Assembly (NCBI GenBank): GCA_038858525.1
Contig: JAWCFL010000006.1
Coordinates: 30,001 to 62,000 of the forward strand
Reading direction: 5' to 3'
Length of the DNA stretch: 32,000 nt
From: Candidatus Jordarchaeales archaeon
GTDB taxonomy: Archaea; Asgardarchaeota; Jordiarchaeia; Jordiarchaeales; Freyrarchaeaceae
Under the pieces are notes generated by a model. The model was not told the DNA's origin. It saw nothing but the letters and a program-made list of their open reading frames with translations, and did not search any database. Positions 18,976 to 25,186 of the stretch are shown here, piece after piece. The translations under genes and the position numbers were made by a program. Positions within the stretch are counted from its first letter, which is position 1; the number at the start of each line of letters is the position of its first letter.

Positions 18976-19221
18976 ATATCAGCAGTTTCGTGGTATATAG
19001 GTTTAAATAGAGGTTGATTACTTTGTTCTTAATGATGTCTACTCTAAAACCTGCCCAGTCTGTTCAGGAAGCATGGCTTCCTATCCGGGCAGGATATTAA
19101 ACCTTCAGATGCGGGGAGAAGGGTTCCCCCAAAGAGCCCTCAATGAGTTAATCGAGGGGGAAGGGTTAAGTAGGAATGAAGGTAACAATTCACTATGTAT
19201 TCCTACTTAACTCAGAACCCT
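18976..19221 (+). mobile_element. Non-autonomous mini-element #1 (promoter + tnpB-tail-derived structured RNA), inserted in tnpB #2
   Basis: Removing it rejoins the codons CCT(P) and TCA(S). CCT occurs at 18973-18975 and 19219-19221. It carries a relic frame YSKTCPVC...LNLQMRGEGFPQRALNE and several hairpins, and is related to 23881..24154. Confidence 0.8.
19002..19011 (+). promoter_or_regulatory. TATA box of mini-element #1
   Basis: TTTAAATAGA; the identical 10-mer sits at the equivalent position of mini-element #2. Confidence 0.6.
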
Positions 19222-20104
19222 TCACACTACATTTATACTGCATGCCCGATGGCATGCTTAATATACAAATCCTTCAGGAAGCTGAAAGGGAGGAATAAAG
19301 TTAGGTTAGGTCTGAAGCCGCTATTCAGGAAAGACGTTATAATGCTCGACGACCACCTATTCAGCATGAACCTCGATAAATGGGAAGCTCCCGTTGCAAC
19401 GGAAGCTGGGAGAATAGTGTTCAGAATCCTTCATGGAACATGTCATGAGAAGTTCAGGGGCATGAAGGTTGGGCAAGCATGGCTCGTCAGAAGGCGCGAT
19501 GGCCATTATTTGAAGGTTGTCTTCAGCAAGACCGTAGAGGTTGCTGAACCTAATGGGAAAAAATTGGCTATAGACGTAAATGAAGCAGCGTAGCCTACGG
19601 CACGGAGAACAAGATAGGCGTCCTTAAGACTGGCGAGAAAGCCATAAGGACGGCATACTTCCTGAAGATGCGTAGACTCCAATCCAAACTGAGGCTCAAC
19701 GAGAAGCCGATACTTGCGAAGTATAGGGGTAGAGAGACGAGGAGGGTGGAGGCAATCCACCATAAAATCGCAAACAGTCTCATCGAGGAGGCTAAGAGAC
19801 AGGGCTGCACAACAAAATAGTCCTCGAAGACCTCAAGCACATCAGAAGACGCATAAGAAAATCTAAAGCTCTTAACGGCAGATTGAATAGGTGGGGCTTT
19901 CAGAAAACTCCAGCACATCATAGAATACAAGGCTAGCTTAATAGATTAAGCGTATTTTATGTTAAAGCTGGGAGCACATCAAGTCTATGCCCAAAATGCA
20001 GGGGCAGGCTAAGCCCAAGCGGGTATAGGCTGATGAAGCGCCCAAGATGCGAACTGGAGGAGGACAGAGATATAGTAGCCGTGAAGAACCTCCTCCAGAG
20101 AATC

Positions 20105-20165
20105 CAGATAGATGTGCCGGCTTCACCCGTTCACGGCGAAAGCCCTCCCATGAAAGGAGGAAAGA
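20105..20165 (+). ncRNA. Putative reRNA scaffold of IS607 #2
   Basis: ATGTGCCGGCTTCACCCGTTCACGGCGAAAGCCCTCCCATGA (20112-20153) aligns with the motif at 12902-12862. Confidence 0.55.
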
Positions 20166-20353
20166 AGAAATGAAAGTTAACACTGGATCAGAACGGCAGG
20201 TGAGCAAGAGAAGAAGAATCTATCACCTCTTTGTCGCAGCGAAAACATGCAACTTAATTGGAACAGCGTTTTTAGACAGGAACATTTGCTCTCACGATAC
20301 ATCCTTTTTAGTTACATGTCAGCCACATCTGTCCCTAGGAACTCACTTTCCCT

Positions 20354-21412
20354 CTAATATATTTCTTCTTCACCTTTTTTTCCCTCCCCGGCCATTACCT
20401 TGACCTTCTCTTCCTTGACCTTCTCTTCCTTGACCTTCTCTTCCTTGACCTTCTCTTCCTTGACCTTCTCTTCCTTGACCTTCTCTTCCTTGACCTTCTC
20501 TTCCTTCCCGATTTTCTTTCTCAGCTTCTCATCCAGTATTTTTAGTACCTCTATGGCATACAGGCTTCTGCCGCAGTAAGGGCACTCGATGACGTTGCCG
20601 CTTTCAGGAAGCTTTAGTTTTCCTCCACAATGCGGGCATGCAATCTCCTCAATTATTAATCCTCTGGTTTTTAGCAGCAAGCGTATATGTTCGTAGCTCT
20701 CTTTTTCCTCAAAAAACACGCCGATTTCTGAAGCAAGCTGATCAAGACGCTCATCGAAATCTTTCCTGAGTAACTCCACTTTCTCACCCTGAGCTTTCAC
20801 TATGTTCGGCCACTCCGCTTTAAGCTTCCTGTATTTATATTCAACATTGTCTAAATTCGAACGCAGTTCGTCATTAAGCTTATCTACGGCCTTTTTTATC
20901 TCTCTTCCTTCCTTCTTCAACATTTTTATTTCCTTACGAGCTGTGGGACTTATCAGTGGAGACAACACATAAAGAATGTGGGCACCGTATAACGCTAACC
21001 CAAATAACAGACCAGGCAATCCATAGCTATAAATAAGTATAACAGTAACAAGGAAAATTGAGGTATGCAAGCAGCACACAAAGAGCTTTCTAAACCTATC
21101 CTTTGCTTGATTCACGTACATCATTAACGCGTCTTCTAACTCGTGAAGCTTATAAGTTAAAGCCTCTATTTCCGGCGTATACTTATTTCGTAATTCGTCG
21201 CATTCTTTTACTTTCGCGTAATCTAAGCCTCGCACCATTAACTCATACTTTCTGCTTTCATCATTAAGGACACGTAAATCCTCGGCCAGCTTCCTTAACT
21301 TGCCTCTTAGCTCAGGCGCAAGCTCCGTGTACTCGAAACCGTACCCCAACTTCGACTCAAGCATCTTTTTTATTTTTCTCTCGTTCTCCCTAACCCGCTC
21401 ATCATAATACAC
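20354..21412 (-). CDS. Hypothetical membrane protein: coiled coil, TM hairpin, zinc ribbon, (KEEKV)7 tail
   Basis: Heptad-rich N-terminal half; hydrophobic LFVCCLHTSIFLVTVILIYSYGLPGLLFGLALYGAHILYVL; CPHCGG...CPYCG. Confidence 0.8.
   Translation of the reverse strand: MYYDERVRENERKIKKMLESKLGYGFEYTELAPELRGKLRKLAEDLRVLNDESRKYELMVRGLDYAKVKECDELRNKYTPEIEALTYKLHELEDALMMYVNQAKDRFRKLFVCCLHTSIFLVTVILIYSYGLPGLLFGLALYGAHILYVLSPLISPTARKEIKMLKKEGREIKKAVDKLNDELRSNLDNVEYKYRKLKAEWPNIVKAQGEKVELLRKDFDERLDQLASEIGVFFEEKESYEHIRLLLKTRGLIIEEIACPHCGGKLKLPESGNVIECPYCGRSLYAIEVLKILDEKLRKKIGKEEKVKEEKVKEEKVKEEKVKEEKVKEEKVKEEKVKVMAGEGKKGEEEIY
20398..20506. repeat. 15-bp perfect tandem repeat, 7 copies plus 4 nt
   Basis: CCTTGACCTTCTCTT x7, encoding KEEKV on the - strand. 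Confidence 0.97.
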
Positions 21413-21931
21413 GCTCGATATTCGTCTCCCCCCATTTCAGTTAGCCAACTATTGTAAATTCCCTACCATCCTTCATAAACTTTTATGTTTTCATTTTTAA
21501 AAAGATTTTCTTTAATGTTTACCAGTGATATCGCATACATCATCACCTTTAATAGCCTCCTTCTTACCCCGACGCCTCTAAGCGTCAATAGCTTCCATAA
21601 CAACAATCACCGTTTTCTCTGTGTAGCTCACATAGAAGCTAAAAGGGGACACGTTTTCATACAAGAGACATTTTCACCGTCTCAGCTACCTCGTGAACAC
21701 CACAACATACATGTGCAGACTAAAAGGGAAAGTAACGTTCAAGTAGGATGAAGCCCAGGGAACACGTAACTGCTACTAACACGGAAGGAGAACCTTTAAT
21801 GTACCCGCCTAGAATCTTTTTAATAACCAAAAGGATGCCGCCAATTACCGTAGCGAACGGTAATTAAGAGAAATATTAAAAAGCAGAAAAAAATTAAAAT
21901 AGTAACTGATAAAAGGATTTCTCTCTATTTT

Positions 21932-23515
21932 GTGGAGGAGAACATGAAGAGAGCGGCATGGAGAACTTACATGGCAGTGTTGCTAGTAGGAGTGCTGGCG
22001 CTCACATTGGTAGCAATGCAAATATCAACGCCAGCACAAGCACAAACACAACGAACGATACAAAAGGCTCAAATGACATGGGCAAAAACGTATGGAGGAA
22101 CGTATGGCGACTCCGCTTTTCGTGTGGCTGTTGATGGTCAGGGGAACATCATAGTGGTAGGCGAAACATGGTCCTTTGGTGCTGGTGGTAGTGACGTTTG
22201 GGTCTTGAAGCTTGACCCTAACGGGGACCCAACATGGCAGAAGGCGTATGGAGGAACGTATGGCGACTCCGCTTTTCGTGTGGCTGTTGATGGTCAGGGG
22301 AACATCATAGTGGTAGGCGAAACATGGTCCTTTGGTGCTGGTGGTAGTGACGTTTGGGTCTTGAAGCTGAACGCCTCAGGTAACGTCATCTGGCAGAAAG
22401 GATACGGAGGAGAGAGCAAAGATTACGCTTGGGGTGTTGCTGTTGATTCTCAGGGAAATATAATAGTAGCGGGAGGAACTGAATCCTTTGGTGCTGGTGG
22501 TAGTGACGTTTGGGTCTTGAAGCTGGACCCTAACGGGGAACCAACATGGCAGAAGACATATGGGGGAGCGAGCAACGAGTGTGCTCTTGATGTTGCCTTT
22601 GATGTTCAAGGAAACATTATAGTGTCAGGGTACACTTACTCCTTTGGTGCTGGTGGCAGTGACGTTTGGGTCTTGAAGCTGGACCCTAACGGGGAACCAA
22701 CATGGCAGAAGACGTATGGAGGAATAAACGACGACTATGCTTCTGGCGTTACTGTTGATGCTCAGGGGAGCATAATAGTAGCGGGAGGCACAAACTCCTC
22801 TAGAGCTGGGGGATGGAACGTTTGGGTTTTGAAGCTTAACAGCTCAGGAGACACCATATGGCAGAAAACGTATGGGGAAGCGAAGACTGACGTTGCCTAT
22901 GATGTTACTGTCAACGCCCAAGGAAACATTATAGTGTCAGGGTACACTTACTCCTTTGGTGCTGGTGGCAGTGACGTTTGGGTCTTGAAGCTGGACCCTA
23001 ACGGGGAACCAACATGGCAGAAGACGTACGGAGGAACTTATGAGGACTGTGCTATGGGAGTTGCCGCCGATAATGAAGGTATAATTGTGGCTGGGTTTAC
23101 GTCATCCTTTGGTGCTGGGCTTCGAGACCTCTGGGTTTTGCGTATAAGTTCGAATGGTGAAATTTACAATTCAATATCCGAATTCACCATAAAAAATACT
23201 AGCGTGGCGCCTACAACAACAGCGGCTTCCCCCTCACCTACTAACGCTGCAATTTTATCGACGAACGCGAACTTGAGCGATACGCAAGCAATAATAACAA
23301 ATACCAACGCGGCAATAAACACGCAGGCACCGCCTTCCCCATCCTTTTCACCACCTATTGAGGAGCAGTTTTTGCTTCTGCTTCTAGTCCTCGGGTTGTA
23401 TGACTCGGTGGAGAATGCATCTCGAAGTAGTGTGGTTTCCATTGGCTTTTTCATAATTCTTTTTGGCGACATCAGTTTGTACGTTTTTCTTTATCGAAGG
23501 TGGAGACTTGCGTGA
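21932..23515 (+). CDS. Cell-surface protein with seven 52-aa repeats (predicted 7-bladed beta-propeller) and a C-terminal membrane anchor
   Basis: Signal peptide; WQKTYGG...GNIIV.G.T.SFGAGGSDVWVLKLDPNG repeats; Thr/Asn/Ala-rich linker; hydrophobic tail ending YRRWRLA. Start may be ATG 21944. Confidence 0.88.
   Translation: MEENMKRAAWRTYMAVLLVGVLALTLVAMQISTPAQAQTQRTIQKAQMTWAKTYGGTYGDSAFRVAVDGQGNIIVVGETWSFGAGGSDVWVLKLDPNGDPTWQKAYGGTYGDSAFRVAVDGQGNIIVVGETWSFGAGGSDVWVLKLNASGNVIWQKGYGGESKDYAWGVAVDSQGNIIVAGGTESFGAGGSDVWVLKLDPNGEPTWQKTYGGASNECALDVAFDVQGNIIVSGYTYSFGAGGSDVWVLKLDPNGEPTWQKTYGGINDDYASGVTVDAQGSIIVAGGTNSSRAGGWNVWVLKLNSSGDTIWQKTYGEAKTDVAYDVTVNAQGNIIVSGYTYSFGAGGSDVWVLKLDPNGEPTWQKTYGGTYEDCAMGVAADNEGIIVAGFTSSFGAGLRDLWVLRISSNGEIYNSISEFTIKNTSVAPTTTAASPSPTNAAILSTNANLSDTQAIITNTNAAINTQAPPSPSFSPPIEEQFLLLLLVLGLYDSVENASRSSVVSIGFFIILFGDISLYVFLYRRWRLA
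22079..23165 (+). repeat. 156-bp intragenic repeat x7
   Basis: Trp codons at 22079, 22235, 22391, 22547, 22703, 22859 and 23015, an exact 156-bp spacing. Confidence 0.95.
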
Positions 23516-23880
23516 AGCTCCTGACGGAAGCCCCGTCCTCTCCTGGCGCAGTTACTATTATAAGTAGCAACGTGCGAAAATGCATTTGCAATAGTAATTA
23601 ATCTATTCATTTTTAATCTAAGCTTCAATCTGAGTAGTAATTAATTAAATCATAGAGCTCTTAACGGTAAATTGGCATGGTTACTCGGTGGTTTGATGGA
23701 GTTTTCCGCTATTAAAGATGAAGGTCTTGAACGTCTTGTGCGATTAAAAGCTAAATAGTTGCTCGGCAGTTTCCAGATATATAACTTATTGAGGTTGAAG
23801 CCGCCTAAAATTTGCCTAATATGTGGCGAGACAAATGAGCTGAATGGGCGCGTCTTAAGTGTATGTGAGACTTAAGCGGT

Positions 23881-24154
23881 AGGATTCTGAACTGCGTAGT
23901 CTTTGGTAGACTTGTGTAGCTCTTGGTTTTCATCGAGCCCGTTCTGGGCTCACATCGCTCTCTAACCCTGTCGAGTCGAACCCGCCCCATACATCCACGC
24001 CAAGCCCTTTCGAGCCTGAGGTCATCTGTATGGGGAAAGTCCCCCCATCTGAAGGTGGCATCATCCGTAGGAAGCCATGCTTCCAGAGCAGAGCCCGGCT
24101 CCGGAAAGGTTAATGAGCAAGTCTATTTAAATCTATCTTGAAACTGTTTTTTGA
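23881..24154 (-). mobile_element. Non-autonomous mini-element #2 (ORF-less structured RNA cassette related to mini-element #1)
   Basis: On the - strand: CCT | TCAAAAAA CAGTTTC .. TTTAAATAGA .. GGAAGCATGGCTTCCTA (24084-24068) .. ACCTTCAGATG (24056-24046) .. TCAGAATCCT. The flanking CCT copies are AGG on + at 24155-24157 and 23881-23883. Confidence 0.75.
24122..24131 (-). promoter_or_regulatory. TATA box of mini-element #2
   Basis: TTTAAATAGA on the - strand, directly upstream of the structured region. Confidence 0.6.
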
Positions 24155-24308
24155 AGGCGCTTCGCCGCCGTTTTTGGCATTGTAAATTTCCGGCGTGCCG
24201 CCCTTATCGTTGGCGGTGAAAACCCCTCGGGAGCTTTAATCGTGGAAGATGAGAAAGGTAGAATCTGTTGACCCCACGAAGGTGGAATCATCGTTGAGGA
24301 GATAGTGA

Positions 24309-24827
24309 TTAATCTTTTATTTCGTCGTTTGTTGTTTCCCAGAGCCACTCTAGAGGGTTTTCCGTTTCTACAAATTTGAATTGTTTAAAGTCCTTTATGT
24401 TTTCTGTCCATATGAATTCCACTTTTCCTCTTGCTGTGCAAGCTAGTAGTGCGTCGAAGAAGTCTCCGCCTCTTAGTCCGATTCTTTCAGCCTCAAGCAC
24501 CGCTTCCCTGTAATCTTCGATTGTCGGCTGCAGTTTCCGTATTGCAGTTGACTTAAGGTAGGCTGTGCATATTTCGGCTGCGCGGCTTGGGCTTAGAGGG
24601 TTCTGAACCTTCCTGCTCGTGATGACCGAGTAGAGCTCGGCTATGTTTTGGAGGCTGACGTATGCCTCCAGGAATCCTAGGACTGCAGCCTTGATTATCA
24701 CTGCCGCGCCTCTGTTACTGGGACTTAACTCGTCACTGGCATAGCAAAGGATCATTGTGTCGAGTAAAACGCGTTTCCCGTAGTGCTCGGTTTCAGTTAT
24801 ATCCACTCCGTTAACGAGTATCCTCAT
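24309..24827 (-). CDS. vapC: PIN-domain (VapC-like) toxin
   Basis: LLDTMIL, QNIAELY, DFFDALL and WTENIKDF acidic PIN residues; overlaps the upstream antitoxin gene. Confidence 0.85.
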   Translation of the reverse strand: MRILVNGVDITETEHYGKRVLLDTMILCYASDELSPSNRGAAVIIKAAVLGFLEAYVSLQNIAELYSVITSRKVQNPLSPSRAAEICTAYLKSTAIRKLQPTIEDYREAVLEAERIGLRGGDFFDALLACTARGKVEFIWTENIKDFKQFKFVETENPLEWLWETTNDEIKD

Positions 24828-25053
24828 ATATTTCCCTTCTGCTGAGGTGTGGGACGCCGATTTTCGCGGGCTTTTCTAGGATTTCGAGGAGCTTCTCGTC
24901 CGCGGTTTTCCTCTTGAGTTTCGCCTCGAAGCTCCTACTGCTTGTCAGCCTGATTTCGAGCTTGTCTCCGTCTTCAAGTCCAAGGGCCTCCCTCACCTCT
25001 ACGGGAATGTAAAGCTTGCCCTTATGGTATGTTCCGACTCCCAAGCTGGACAC
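24811..25053 (-). CDS. AbrB/SpoVT-type antitoxin
   Basis: GKLYIPVEVREALGLEDGDKLEI AbrB-fold signature, directly upstream of the PIN gene. Confidence 0.85.
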   Translation of the reverse strand: MSSLGVGTYHKGKLYIPVEVREALGLEDGDKLEIRLTSSRSFEAKLKRKTADEKLLEILEKPAKIGVPHLSRREIYEDTR

Positions 25054-25186
25054 CTAGTAACCACAATAGTTAAAGGCCAATATAAAAGTTGCCAAAAACA
25101 GAGTGGGCACCAAACTTGAAGGTCAACGCTCCGACTAGCAACGTCTTAGAAACTCTTATAGGCTTCGGCTCATGTAACCGTTCCAT

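Larger units (their letters stand above)
18120..20165 (+). mobile_element. IS607-family element #2, heavily decayed, carrying a nested mini-element; ends approximate
   Basis: tnpA and tnpB remnants in order; G-run at ~18120 and GGAGG at ~20160 taken as candidate ends. Confidence 0.8.
18789..20173 (+). pseudogene. tnpB: TnpB pseudogene #2, split by a 246-bp insertion and several frameshifts
   Basis: ...LRARYPSLP[insertion]SHYIYTAC...AIDVNE[fs]...IVLEDLKHIR...TSSLCPKC...DRDIVAVKNL; collinear with tnpB #1 (YPNHPSHYIYTA). Confidence 0.88.

Noticed and set aside
18976-19221. IS110 bridge-RNA interpretation of the mini-elements, because of the CT-containing core
   Set aside because: The relic SKTCPVC...LNLQM frame is a TnpB C-terminus and no DEDD recombinase is nearby; not formally excluded.
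20398-23165. Possible CRISPR arrays at the 15-bp and 156-bp repeats
   Set aside because: Both are in-frame coding repeats without unique spacers, and no cas genes are present.
23526-23556. GGAAGCCCCGTCCTCTCC..., resembling an IS200/IS605 end hairpin
   Set aside because: The second arm is degenerate and there is no associated element; too weak to call.
24150-24300. Possible gene remnant (..DKGGTPEIYNAKNGG.., glycosyltransferase-like) at the mini #2 insertion site
   Set aside because: Short, interrupted by stops, and the similarity is only impressionistic.
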